Origin: the human T2T-CHM13v2.0 reference genome, Homo sapiens
Length of the DNA stretch: 64,000 bases
Strand: one strand, 5' to 3'
NCBI RefSeq assembly: GCF_009914755.1
Contig: NC_060926.1
Shown here: positions 41,881 through 62,168 of the stretch, one piece after another
How the letters are laid out: every line of letters starts with the position of its first letter
How positions within the stretch are numbered: position 1 is the stretch's first letter
Position numbers and translations under genes: made by a program
The notes under the pieces: generated by a model
Database searches by the model: none
What the model was told of the DNA's origin: nothing
Seen by the model: only the letters and a program-made list of their open reading frames with translations

Positions 41881-42270
41881 TGTTGCCTCCTAATTTGAAA
41901 AGGAGGATCAAAAGACTGCCCTTTGCCCTAGTCCAAAGTAGTAAACAACTAACCACAGAACAAGTAGTAACCCCATCCTAATTGATTGTTGATAGTGTCA
42001 TGCTCTTGAAGGTCAGCCAATCAACTACAGTATCACTCCAGGAACTGCTTCTGAAAGTCAGCTCATCCTTAAACCACACAGCTGAAAGTCAGCCAATCCC
42101 TAAACACTCTTGCTTCAGAAAATCTGCCAACCCCTGAGCTCCCTGTTCCTAAAACCCTTTAAGATAGCAAGTCTTGGTCTGTTCAGAGAGACAGATTTAT
42201 AAGAGTAGCTCTCCATTACTTAGGAAGCAACAAATTTAGCCTCTTCGTTTCACATACAGATATATGGGAT
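41881..42270 (+). mobile_element. Probable old ERV solo LTR (family unresolved)
   Basis: Starts TG; has repeated (CTGAA)AGTCAGCCAATC CCAAT-box units, a TATA-like region and an LTR-like length. Confidence 0.45.
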
Positions 42271-42626
42271 GTTAAAAATTTCATCCTCCAAAAAATGATC
42301 ATTGTAGATTTAGAAGTCAAAATTTGTATTAGAGAGGTTTTACCAGCATTGTTGAAATGTTGGTGATGGGGATGTTTGAGGAACATGATATGCTTGTCAA
42401 AGACAAGGACCAACTATGAATTAGAGATAATATTTTGTAGTAAAAATGATAAAATAAAAAACATGAAATAAAATATAATTATCCATTACTAAACATGTAT
42501 AGTTATTATAAAGTAAACAATGAACAATTACTTTATGAAAGTTTTGATATAGTAATATCAGGAGAATAGGGAAGGAAGAAATGGGGTGATGTTGGTGCTA
42601 AATCATAATTTTCTATAACAGGAAGC

Positions 42627-42856
42627 CCCAACCTGGGCAACACAGTGAGACCCCATCTCTACAAAACAATTACAAATTAAAAAACAATTAGCTGGACATG
42701 GTGGCATGCACCTGTAGTCCCAGGCACTCAGGAGGCTGAGATGGGAGGACCCCTTGAGCCTGAGTGATTGAGGCTACAGTGAGCCATGATTGTGCCACTG
42801 CACTTCAGCATGGGTGACAGGGATTTTGTCTTAAAAACATAAAAAATAAAAATAAA
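42627..42856 (+). mobile_element. 5'-truncated AluJ
   Basis: CTGGGCAACACAGTGAGACCCC...GGGAGGACCCCTTGAGCC...GAGGCTACAGTGAGCCATGATT (J-type diagnostics). Confidence 0.88.
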
Positions 42857-43460
42857 TGATGTCAAAATGGACATTAATTAAATTTTAATGCAACTCAAGA
42901 AATATTTGTTGAGCATATACCTTGGATTGTTAGATGCTAGAGATATGAAGATGAAACTGTCAGAGTAGACAGGCTGTAAGTAATTTCAACACAATCCAAA
43001 GAAGAAATGAATTGATTCTGATAGTGGTGTTGGTGGTGAGAAAAAAAATTGCAAAGAGGGAGTCCTGGAAAGTATGCCTTCTAAGTATGAGTAGATATTC
43101 TTAGGCAGACTGAAAAGAGAAGTGCCTTCCAGGGTGAGGGAATAACATGGGTGAAGGCAAAAGGTCCTGAAAGTGAGAATGGAGTTAGGGAAATAGTGAG
43201 TAATTTGGGGAACTGGTTAGAAGTAAGACTGGAAAAATAGTCTGGTGATGGGATTTAAAAGGTCTTGAATGCCATGATCAGAAGTTTAGATTTATCACAA
43301 AGGCATTATTTTCATTTTTCCTAAGGAAGTAATATTAGCTTTTGCTATTTTTTTAAACTTTTAGGTTCAGGAGTACATGTGCAGGTTTGTTAGATAGGTA
43401 AATTGCCTGTCATGGGGATTAAGTATACAGATTATTTTGTCATCCAGGAAATAAGCATAG

Positions 43461-43791
<331 letters not shown>

Positions 43792-44268
43792 TGATAGGTA
43801 GTTTTTCGATACTAACTTTCCTCCCTCCCTCCACTCTCAAGAAGGCCGCAGTGTCTGTCCTTTGGGTCCATGTGTACTCAATGTTTAGCTTCCACTTGTA
43901 AGTGAGAACATGTGGTATTTGATTTTCTGTTCCTGCGTTAGTTCACTTGGGTAATAGGCTCCAGCTCCATCCATGTTGTTGCAAAGGACGTGACTTTGTT
44001 CTTTTTTATGGTTTTGTAGTATTCCATGGTGTATATATACCACATTTTCTTTATCCAGTTTACCATAATGGGCAGTTAGGTTAATTCCATGTATTTGCTA
44101 TTGTGAATAGTGTTGCTATACATGTGTGCTATACATGTGTATGTGTCTTTATGGTAGAACAATTTTTATTCCTTTGGGTATGTACCCAATAATAGGATTC
44201 CTAGGTCAAATGATAATTCTGCTTTGAGTTCTTGGAGAAATTGCCAATCTTCTTTCCACAATGGTCGA

Positions 44269-44633
44269 TGTATTAGTCTGTTCTCACACTGCTATAAAGA
44301 ACTGCCTGAGACTGGGTAATTTATAAAGAAAAGAGATTTAATTGACTCACAGTTCCACATGGCTGTGGAGGCCTCAGGAAACTTACAATCATGGCAGAAG
44401 GGAAGCAGGCACGTTTTACCTGGCAGCAGGCAAGAGACAGCATGAGTGTGAAGGAGGAACTATCAAACACACAAAAGCATCAGATCTCATGAGAACTGAC
44501 TCACTATCACAAGAACAGCATGGGAGAAGCCATCCCCATGACACAATCACCTCCCACCAAGTCCCTCCCTGGACACATGGGGATTACAATTTAAGATGAG
44601 ATTTGGGCGGGGACACCAAGCCAAACCATATCA
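44269..44633 (-). mobile_element. THE1D/MSTA-like solo LTR
   Basis: TGTATTAGTCTGTTCTCAC...GCCAAACCATATCA. 5-bp TSD GTCGA / GTTGA. Confidence 0.92.
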
Positions 44634-44712
44634 GTTGACTAATGTTAGTTTTAATCTTTTGGTATAATCCTAAACTGGAACAGACTAACCTCTACTGTTC
44701 TCAATAGGGATG

Positions 44713-45067
44713 TCCTATGGCCTGAACTGTGTTGCCCCTAACATTCGTATATTGAAGCCCTAACCCTCAATGTGACAATATTTTAGAACAAGGTTAAATG
44801 TGGTCAAAAGGCTGGGGCCCTAATCTGATAGGATTAATGTCTTTACAAGAAGAGACACTAGAGATCTATCTCTCTCTCTACCACGTGAAAATATAGTGAG
44901 AAGGATGCCATTAGCAAGCCAGGAAAAGAGTCCTCACCTGAAACTGAATTGTGCCAGAACCTTGACCTTGGACTTTAAGGCTCCAGAACTGTGAGAAAAT
45001 AAATTACCATTTTTTATGCCACCCAGTCTATGGTATTTTGTTATGGCTATCCTGATGGATTAAGGCA
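44713..45067 (+). mobile_element. MLT1A-like solo LTR (within or adjacent to a hAT-Charlie remnant at ~45068-45270)
   Basis: CTATGGCCTGAACTGTGT...GAAGCCCTAACCCTCAATGTGA...CCAGAACTGTGAGAAAATAAATT...GGTATTTTGTTATGGC. Confidence 0.85.
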
Positions 45068-45914
45068 GAGTGCTACTGGCATTTGGTTGGTACAGTCCTT
45101 CATTATTCAGGACTATCCCATACATTATAGGATATGTAGTGTCTCTGGTCTCCAACTATAAAATTCTAGTAGTGCTACTCTGTCACTATGACAACAAAAA
45201 AAATGCTCCTACACATCTTCCAATGCTTCTTTGGGGGCAACAGTACTTACTGCTTCTGGCAGAAAACCACAAAAGGAAGCCTGTGAGAAGACTAATACAA
45301 TTAAAATAAGATTTATTATGTTCCTTCCTGATCTCCTAGCGACCATAGGAAGGACTTTTACTTATTAAGAGTAAGGCATATGGTATAACAGCAAAATACA
45401 ATGACAACAATAACCTTGATGTTCCTAAGAATCTCTGGTGTTGGAATAGAGTCTTTTATTTTGAGAAAGCAAAGGGAATACCTTGTCTTAGTACCAAATG
45501 ACTAACATATTCATGTATCACAGTGAAAAAAAAAACCCAGAAAACAAAAACAAGCTCTTTGCATCCTGAGATAAAAACAAAACAAAGGGAAAACAATAAA
45601 AGGACACTCTTTAACACTAGTCTTCAAAATAAATAAAACCTTGAATCCTTTCTACTAAGTTGCTAACTCTTTAGGAAAAAGTAATTCCTGATTTTTACAA
45701 TACTAAATTTGGCAGATGTGTGATGACCTTGAAGATACAACCGTGTGAGGAAATTGCTATCTATCTCATCTTAAAAAATGATAAATTTAACCTTGGTAAC
45801 CTTGTGGGGTTTCTTTCCCCCTGTATCTGTTCGAAACCCTTTCTAAAACCCTGCAAGTAAAAATACTTGAGAACAATCCAACTGCAACAGAAATTTCATC
45901 ATGCTCCATTATTA

Positions 45915-46670
45915 ACTATTAGAGGCAATTATTTTCTGATTTATATCACCACAGATCTATTTTATTCTTCTCAAATTTCATTTACATGGAATCAAACACC
46001 ATGATTATTTTGTGTGTGGCTTTTCTTGTTTGACATGTTTTGGGGACCTTTTTATTTTGTTCATTTTTTTTAATTGCTGAGGACTATTCCAATGAATGGA
46101 TATAACACAATTTGTTTATATGTTCTTCTGTTGACAGATACGTGGATTGTCTCCAGTTTTTGGCTAATATGATCAAAGCTTCTAGGAACATCATTGCACA
46201 TGTTTTTTTTTTTTTTGGATATATACTTTCATTTCTTACCTAGGACTGGAATTATTGAGACATAGGGTAGATGTATGTTTAATTTTATAAGAGACCGGAA
46301 ACAGTTTTTTTGAAGTTTTTATAGAATTTTACATTCCATCAACAATATATGAGGGGTCCAGGTGTTCCATATCCTTGCCTTATATTATCAAACTTTTAAA
46401 ATTTTACACATTCTAAGTAATTGCAAAACCATGTTACTTTGTGCCTTTAATTTTCATTTCCATGACAATCATGTTAAGCACCTTTTTTGTGTTCTTATTG
46501 GCTTTACATAAATTTATTTTTGTTTAAGTCTTTTGTTCATTTGTAATCGGGTCATTGGTCTTTATCTTGTTTATTTGTAAAGAGTATTTTGTATTTGTGA
46601 ATATGAGTTCTTTTTTCACATATATTGTGCCTCATAAGATTTTTTCTTTTTCCCAGTTTGTGACTTGTCT
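45915..46670 (-). mobile_element. Old L1M (MC/MD/ME-like), part 1
   Basis: Diverged reverse L1 3' region (ATTCCAATGAATGGATATAACACAATTTG...TCCATATCCTTGCC). Confidence 0.75.
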
Positions 46671-48343
46671 TTCTTTTTTTTTTTAATAATTAAAAAATTA
46701 ATGGGTACACAGTAGGTGTATACATTTATGGGGTACATGAAATGTTTTGATACAGGCTTGCAGTACTTAAAAGTCACATCAGGGTAAATGAGGTATCCAT
46801 CACCTCAAGCATTGATCATTTCTTGTGTTACAAACATTCTAATTATACTCTTTTAGTTGTTTTAAAATGTATGATATTGTTGACTGTAGTCACCCTGTTG
46901 TGCTATCAAATACTAGATCTTATTTATTCTGGCTGACTATATTTTTATACTTCTTAACCATCTCCATCCTCCCTATACCCCACTACCCTTCCCAGCCTCT
47001 GGTAACCATCATTCTATTCTCTATCTCCATGAGTTCAATTGTTTTAATTTTTAGATACTACAAATGAGTGAGAACATGTGATATTTGTCTTTCTGTGCCT
47101 GGTTTATTTCATTTAACACAATGTCCTCCAGTTCCATCCATGTTGTTGCAAATGACAGGATCTCATTCTTTTATATGGCTGAATAGTTCTCCATTGTGTA
47201 TATGTACCACATTTTCTTTATCTGTTCATCTGTTGATGGACACCTAAGTTACTTCCAAATCTTAGCTATTGGGAATAGTGCTGCAATAAACATGGGAGTG
47301 CAGATGTCTTTTTTGATTTCACTTCTTTTGGATAAATATCCAATAGTGGAATTGCTGGATCACATGTTAGTTCTATCTTTGGTTTTTTGAGGAACTTTCA
47401 TACTGTTCTCCATAGTGGCTATACTAATTTTCATTCTCACCAACTGTATATGAGGGTTCCTTTTTCTCCACATCATCACCAGCATTTGTCATTGCTTGTC
47501 TTTGGATAAAAGCCACTTTAATTGGGGTGAGATGATATCTCATTGTAGTTTTAATTTGCATTTCTCTGATGATCAGTGATGTTGAGGACCTTTTCATATA
47601 CACTTTTGCCATTTGCATGTCTTTTGAGAAGTATCTATTCAGATCTTTTGCCCATTTTTAAATTGGATTATTAGATTTTTTTCCTATAGAGTTGAGCTTC
47701 TTATATATTTTGGTTATTAATCCCTTGCCAGATGGATAGTTTGAAAATATTTTCTCCCATTCTGTGGGTTGTCTCTTCACTTTGCCGATTGCTTCCATTA
47801 CTGTGAAGAAACTATTTAATTTGATGTGATCTCATTTGTCCATTTTTGCTTTGGTTGCCTGTGCTTTAGGGGTATTACTCAAAAAGCCTTTGCCCAAACC
47901 AATGTCCTAGAGAGTTTCTCCAATATTTTCTTTTACTAGTTTCATTGTTTGAGGCTTTAGATTTAAGTCTTTAATCCATTTTGATTTGACTTTGTATACA
48001 GTGAGTGATAGGGGTCTAGTTTCATTCTTCTGCATATGGATATCAGTTTTCCCAGCAATATTTATTGAAAGGACCGTGCTTTCACCATTGTATGTTCTTG
48101 GCACCTTTGTCAAAAATGAGTTCACTGTAGATGTATAAATTTATTTCTGGGTTCTTCATGCTGTTTCATTGGTCTGTAGGCCTTTTTGTGTGCCAGTATG
48201 ATGCTCTTTGGGTTGTTATAGCTCTGTTGTATAATTTGAAGTTAGGTAATGTGATTCTTCCAGTTTTGTTCTTTTTGCTTGGGTTGGCTTTGGCTATTCT
48301 GAGTCTTTTTTGGTTCTATATAAACCTTAGCATTACCTTTTCT

Positions 48344-54493
<6,150 letters not shown>

Positions 54494-56857
54494 AGCATTA
54501 CCTTTTCTATTTCTGTGAAGAATGTCATTGGTATTTTCATAGGAATTGCATTGATTCTGTAGATTGCTTTAGGTAGTATAGCCATTTTAACAATATTGAT
54601 TCTTCCAACCCATGATCATGGAATATCTTTCCTTTTCTTTTTGGTGTCCTCTTAAATTTCTTGCATCATGTTTTACATTTTCATTGTAGAGATCTTTCAC
54701 TTCTTTAGTTAAGTATATTCCTAGGTGTCTTGTTTTATTTGTAGCCACTATAAATGGGATTACTTTCTTGATTTCTTTTTTCTAATTGTTCACTGTTGGC
54801 ACATAGAAATGTTACTGATTTTTGTATGTTGATTTTGTGTCCTGCAACTTTACTGAATTTGTTTATCCACTGTAATAGATTTTCAGGGTACTCTTTAGTT
54901 TTTTCCAAAAATAAGCCATGTCATCTGAAAACAAGAAAAATTTGACTTCTTCTTTTCCAGTCTGGATGCCCTTTATTTCTTTCTCTTGTCAAATTGCTCT
55001 AGTTAGGAGTTCCAGTACTATGTTGATAACAGTGGTAGAAGTGGGCATCCTTGTCTTGGTCCAGATCTTAGAGGAAAAGCTTTCAGTTTTTCCCCATTCA
55101 GTATGGATCTGTTGTATATGGTTTTTTATCATGTTAAGGTATGTCCTTCTATATCCAGTTTTTGGGGGGCTTTTATCATGAATGAATGTTGAATTTTATC
55201 AAATGCTTTTTCAGCACCAGTTGAAATGATCATATGGTTTTGGCCTTTATTCTGTTGATTTGATGTATCACATTGATTTATTTGTGTATATTGAACTATC
55301 TTTGCATCCCTGAGATAAAGCCCACTTGATTATGATGAATGTTGTTTTCATGTGTTGTTGAATTTTTTGCTTCTATTTTGTTGAGAATTTTTGCATCAAT
55401 ATTCAACAGGGATATTGGCCTTTAGTTTTCTTTTTATTTTTCAATGTGTCTTTGTCTGGTTTTGGAGGGTAACACTGTCCTCATAGAATAAGTTTGGTAG
55501 TGTTCCCTCCTCTATTTTTTTGGAGTAGTTTGAGTAGAACTGGTATTAGTTCTTCTTTAAATGTTTTGTAAAATTCAGCAGCAAAGCCATCGAGCCCTGA
55601 GCCTTTCTTTGCTGGGAGACTTTTTAGTACAGCTTCAATGTCATTACTTGTTATTGGTCTATTCAGGCTTTGGATTTTGTGATGGTTCAATCTTGATAGG
55701 TTGGTTGTATGCATCTAAGAGTTTCTCCATTTCTTGTAGGTTTTCCAATTTATTGGCATATAGTTGCTTATATTAGCCTCTAATGGTCCTTTGAATTTCT
55801 GTGGTGTCTGTCGTAATGGCTCCTTTTTTATCTCTGATTTTATTTGAGTCTTCTCTCAAATTTTGTTTAACTTTTCAGAAAACTAACTTTTTGTTTCATT
55901 TATGTTTTGTATTTTTTATTTCAATGTCATTTATTTCTGCTCTAATTTGTATTATTTCTTTTCTTATGCTAATTTTGGGCTGGTTTGCTCTAGTTCTTTA
56001 AGCTGCATCAATAAGTTGTTTATTTGAAGTTTTTCTACTCTTTTGATCTAGGTGCTTATTGCTATAAACTTTCCTCTTAGTACTGCTTTTGCTGTACCCC
56101 ATAGGTTTTGGTATGTTGTGTTTTCATTTTCATTTATTTCAAGACATTTTTTAACTTCCTTCTTAATTTCTTCATTGACCCACTGGTCATTAGGAGCATA
56201 TTGTTTAAATTCCATATGTTTGTATAGTTTCCAAAGTTCCTCTTGTTATTGATTTCTAGTTTTATTCCATTGTGGTCAGAGAAGATACTTATTATGGTTT
56301 CATTTTTTCTTTTTTGAAACTTGTAAGATTTGTTTTGTGGCCTGACATATGGTCTCCTTGAGAATGAGCCATATGATAAGGAGAAGAATGTATATTTTGC
56401 AGCCGTTGGATGAAATATTCTGTAAATATCTATTAGGTCCATTTGTTCTGTAGTGCACATTAAGTCTGATGTTTCTTTGTTGATTTCTGTCTAGATGATC
56501 TTTCCAATGCTGAAAGTGAGGTGTTAAAGTCATCAGCTATTATTGTATTGGGGTCTATCTCTCTCTTTCACTCTAATAATATTTGCTTGATATATCTAGG
56601 TGCTCCAGTGTTAGGTGCACATATACTTACAATTATTACATCCTCTTGCTGAATTGACCCCTTTATCATTATATAATGACTCTCTTTGTCTCTTTTTATA
56701 GTTTTTGTCTTGACATTTATTTTATCTGATGTAAGTATAGCTACTCCTGCTCTCTTTTGGTTTCCATTTGCATGGAATATCTTTTCCATCCATTTATTTT
56801 CAGTTTATTTACGTCTTCATAGGTGAAGTATGTTTCCTGTAAAAAACAGATAGCTGG

Positions 56858-57187
<330 letters not shown>

Positions 57188-58254
57188 TTATTTTTATCCA
57201 TTCAGCTACTTTATGTTTTTTTCTTGGAGAGTTTAGCTCATTTACATTAAATGTTATTGTTGATAAGTAAGGACTTCCTTGTGTCATTTTGCTATTTGTT
57301 TTCTGGTTGTTTTGTGGTCTTCTCTTCCTTCCTTCTTTCCTTTCTGTCTTCCTTTGTGTGAAGGTGGTTTTCTCTGGTGGCATATTTTAATTTCTTGTTT
57401 TTTTATTTTTTGTGTATCTGTCTTAGGCTTTTTTATTTGAGGTTACCATTAAGCTTGCAAATAACATGTTATAAGCCATTATGTTAAAGTGATGACAGCA
57501 CTGATTGAAAAAGAAAAAAACAAATTAACAAACAAGCACAGAGATAACTAATAACACTACATTTAATTTTATTCCCCTTTTTAACTTTTTATTTATTTAT
57601 ATATTATTGTGCTATGTCTTGAAAAGTTGTTGTAGTTATTATTTTTGATAGGTTTATCTTTTAGTCTTTCTACACAAGATATGAGTAGTTTACACACTAC
57701 AATTGCAGTGTCATAATATTCTGTGTTTGTCTGTGAGTTTTGTACCTTCAGACAATTTCTTATTGCTCCCTTTTCTTTCAGAATGAAGAACTCCCTTTAG
57801 CATTTCTTATAGCATAGGTCTGGTGTTAATGAGGTCCCTCAGCTTTTTGTTTACCTGGGAAAATCTTTATTTCTCTTTCACGTTTGAAGTCTATTTTTAC
57901 TGGATGTACTATTCTAGGATGAAAGTTTTTTCCTTCAACACTTTAAATATGTTATGTCACTTTCTCCTGGCATGTAAGGTTTCCCTGAGAAGCCTGCTGC
58001 AAGATGTGTTGGAGCTCATTTGTATGTTATTTGTTTCTTTTCTCTTACTGCCTTCTTTTAAGATTCTTTCTTTATCCTTGACCTTTGGGAGTTTGATTAT
58101 TAAATGCCTCGAGGTAGTCTTCTTGGGTTAAATCTGCTTGATGTTCTTCTATAACTGTCTTACTTGAATATTGATATGTTTCTCTAGGTTTGGAAAGTTC
58201 TTTGTTATTATCCCTTTGAATAAATTTTCTACCCTGATCTCTCCCTCTACCTCC

Positions 58255-58358
58255 TCTATAAGGCCAATAGCTAGGCTATTTTCAAAATCTTGTAGGTGTG
58301 CTGCATTCTATAAGGCCAATAGCTAGGCTATTTTCTAAATCTTGTAGGTGTGCTGCAT
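58255..58358. repeat. 52-bp tandem duplication
   Basis: 58255-58306 versus 58307-58358, one mismatch. Confidence 0.97.
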
Positions 58359-58629
58359 TCTTTTTTATTCTTTATTCTTATTTGTCTCCTTGGACTGTAT
58401 ATTTTCAAATACACCATCTTCAAGCTCACTAATTTTTTCTTCTGCTTGATCAATTCTACTGTTGAAAGACTCTGATGCATTCTTTAGCATGTTAATCGAA
58501 TTTTTCAGCTCCAAATTTTCTGCATTTTTAAAATTATTTCAATTTCTCTGTTAAATTTCTCTAATAGGATTCTGAATTCCTTCTCTGTGTTATCTTGAAT
58601 TCCATTGAGCTTCCTCAAGACAGCTATTT

Positions 58630-59586
58630 ATTTTTAATATCATACTTTAAGTTCTAGGGTTACATGTGCACAATGTGCAGGTTTGTTACATAGGTATACA
58701 TGTGCCATGTTGGTGTGCTGCACTCATTAACTCGTCATTTACAGTAGGTATATCTCCTGATGCTATCCCTCCCCCAGACCCCCCACCCCATGACAGACCC
58801 CAGTGGGTGATGTTCCCCATCCTGTGTCCATGTGTTCTCATTGTTCAATTCCCACCTATGAGTGAGAACATTCAGTGTTTGGTTTTCTGTCCTTGCGATA
58901 GTTTGCTCAGAATGATGGTTTCCAGCTTCATCTGTGTCCCTACAAAGGACATGAACCATTCATCCTTTTTTGTGACTGTATAGTATTCCATGGTGTATAT
59001 GTGCCACATTTTCTTAATCCAGTCTATCATTGTTGGACATTTGGATTGGTTCCAAGTTTTTGCTATTGTGAATAGTGCTGCAATAAACATACGTGTGCAT
59101 GTGTCTTTATAGCAGCATGATTTATAATCCTTTGGGTATATACCCAGTAATGGGATGGCTGGGTCAAATGGTATTTCTAGTTCTAGATCCTTGAGGAATC
59201 GCCACACTGTCTTCCACAATGGTTGAACTAGTTTACAGTCCCACCAACAGTGTAAAAGTATTCCTATTTCTCCACACCCTCTCCAGCGCCTGTTGTTTCC
59301 TGACTTTTTAATGATTGCCATTCTAACTGGTGTGAGATGGTATCTCATTGTGGTTTTGATTTGCATTTCTCTGACGGCTGGTGATGATGAGCATTTTTTC
59401 ATGTATCTGTTGACTCCATAAATGTCTTCTTTTGAGAAGTGTCTGCTTATATCCTTTGCCCATTTTTTGATGGGGTTGTTTGATTTTTTCTTGTAAATTT
59501 GTGTAAGTTCTTTGTAGATTCTGGATATTAGCCTTTTGTCAGATGGATAGATTGCAAAAATTTTCTCCCATTCTGTAGGTTGCCTG
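58630..59586 (-). mobile_element. 5'-truncated L1PA (PA4/5-like, ~0.96 kb)
   Basis: L1PA 3' UTR plus ORF2 C-terminus (ORF 58872-59402). TSD AGACAGCTATTT (58618-58629 / 59587-59598). Confidence 0.95.
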
Positions 59587-60224
59587 AGACAGCTATTTTG
59601 AATTCTCTGTCAGAAAGATTTCTCCAGGATTGGTCATTGGTGCCTTATTTAATTTGCTTGGTGATGTCATGTTTTCCTGGATGGTCTTGATGCTTGTGGA
59701 TCCTTGTCAATGTGTAGGCATTGAAGAATTAGGTATTTATTGTGGTCTTCACAATCTGGCCTTGTTTGTGTACCCATCCTTCTTGGGAAGGTTTTCCAAG
59801 TATTCAAAGGGAATTGACTGCTATGATCTAAATCTTTAGTCACTGCAGCTGTATCTGCATTAGGAGATACCCCAAGCCCAGTAATACTATGACTCTTGTA
59901 GAATCATAGAGGTGCCTTGGGTAAGATCTGGGAGAATTCCCTGAATTACCAGGCTAAGACTCTTGTTCTCTTCCCTTACTCTAGCGCAAAAAACAGTCCC
60001 TCTCTCCATGCTGAGATGTCTGGAGCTGGGGGGCTGGTGACACAAGCAACCCTGTGCCCATCACCAATAGGACTATGCTGGGTCAGACACAAAGCCAGCA
60101 CAGCACTGAGTCTCATCCAAGGCCCATGGCAACCACTACCTGGTTACTACCAACTTTCACGCAAGGTCCAAGTAATCCATCTCAGATGATTTCTTTGGGT
60201 AGGGAGTGGGGTAAGGGTCAAGTT

Positions 60225-60653
60225 TGTTATAGATTGAGTTATCCATGAAACAGACTTACATGCAGGAGTATTCACAGCTAAAATACTCTTGAGGGATGAA
60301 GAAAGCAGAATTGTGCAGAGGAACTGTGGTACAACAGGGGCCTCAGTGAATCCTATGAGGAGCCTGATATTTTATCTAGCTCCTTAGTATCATTCCAAAT
60401 GATGCAAGAGAGCTGGGCATTTGAACCTCTGCATCAACCAGTTACAGGATTTGGGCTGCCACCAGGGAGAGATTGTGATATTGGTTGGCCAGAACAATTC
60501 CCGGGGAGACAGGTACTCAGTTGTGAGCCATTAGCAGCCACCAACATGCTAGCAAAAGAGAAAAGGAGTCACAGGGCAGGAGGAGGGGTCAAATGAATGG
60601 GGTACAGGTGGGTCGGAGGGATGTAGGGGTGATGAACTATAGAACTCATGACA
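60225..60653 (-). mobile_element. LTR16-like ERVL solo LTR
   Basis: GAAAGCAGAATTGTGCAGAGG...GGCCTCAGTGAATCCTATGAGGAGC...GCATCAACCAGT...TTTGGGCTGCC...GAGCCATTAGCAGCCA. Confidence 0.6.
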
Positions 60654-61880
60654 AGATTCCTTGTTTTATTTTTCCATATGGATATCTAGTTTCTCTCCCA
60701 CCATTTCTTGAAAGACCTTGAATTGACTTGGGGCCTTGGTCAAAAGTCAATTGTGTGAGTCAATACCTCTAGTCTATATTATGTTTTATTAATTTATTTA
60801 TCAATTCTTATGGCAATATCAAACAGTCTTGATGACTATAGTTTTATAATAATTGTTGCTATTGTGTAGTGTAAATCCTCCAAATTATTGAACTTGTTCA
60901 TTTCCAAAATTGTTTTTGCTCTTATAGATCATTAGCATTTTCAGAAAATTGTTAGGATCAGTTTAAATGTCTTCAACTAACTTTGCTAAATTTGTTTGTA
61001 TATTAAATCTATGGATAAATTTGGGGAGAACGAACATCTTAATATTAAACTATTCAATTAATGAATGCCATATGTATCTGCCAGTGTATTTATGTTTTCT
61101 TTAATATTTTTCAGCAATCTTTTGTAATTTTCAATGTGTAAGTCATATATCTCCCAATGTATTTGTGTTTTCTTTAATTTTTTCAGCAATCTTTGGTAAT
61201 TTTCAATATGTAGGTCTTGTATGTCTTCCTTTAGTTTAACTTCCAGTTATTTAGTTTTAAAATGCTATTGTAAATAGCATTTTAAAATAATTTCATTTTC
61301 CAATTGCTTAGTGATAGTATATAGAAATACGGTAGATTTGCACATTGAACATGTATCATACTACCTTGCAAATTCACTTGTCAGTTCTAGCAGTTTTTGG
61401 TGAATTATAATGAGTATTTTCAATGCAAAACCAGGCATGCAATCCTGTAGTTTACATATAGTGACAGTTTTACATTTTCCTCTCCAAACTTTTTGCTTCT
61501 TTCTCTTTTCTTATTTCACTAGACTAGATTGCAGTACAATGTTTAATAGAAGTGATAAGAGTGTACATTTTCCCATATCCCAGAGGAAATGTATCCATCA
61601 TTTTGTGATATATAATATAGCTATTGGTTTTCCATATATGATCTTTACCACATTGAAAAAGTGCCCTTCTGTTCCTCATTTGCTGAGAATTTTTATCATG
61701 AATAGACAAGGAATTTTGTCAAATTCCTTTTTTGCATTTATCCAGATATTCATATTTTTAAATTATTCTATTATTGCCAATTGCTGGTTGATTTTTCAAA
61801 TAATAACCTAACTATATTCTGGGAATAACATGAACTTGGTCATGCTTTTTAGGTATTTCTGTATTCAACTTGCTAATTTT
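60654..61880 (-). mobile_element. Old L1M, part 2 (probable continuation of 45915-46670)
   Basis: TTCCATATGGATATCTAGTT...ATAAATTTGGGGAGAA...AATGTTTAATAGAAGTGATAAGAG. Confidence 0.75.
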
Positions 61881-61894
61881 TAAAAAGTTTATTT

Positions 61895-62168
61895 AGTATA
61901 ACCATTATGGAGTACAGTTTGGATGTTCCTCAAGAAACTAAAAATAGAGCTACCATAGGATCCAGCAATCCCCCTGTGGGACATATGCCCAAAAGAAAAG
62001 AACTCAGTATATCTGAGAGATATTTGCACTCCCACGTTTGTTGCAGCACTGTTCACAATAGCCAAGATTTGGAAACAACCTAAATGTCCATTAGCAGATA
62101 AGTGGATAAAGAAAATGTGGTATATACACAATGGAGTACTACTATTCAGCCATAAAAAAGAATGAGAT
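61895..62168 (+). mobile_element. L1MA 3' ORF2 fragment, interrupted by the young L1
   Basis: CTCAAGAAACTAAAAATAGAGCTACC...CAGCCATAAAAAAGAATGAGAT. Confidence 0.88.
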
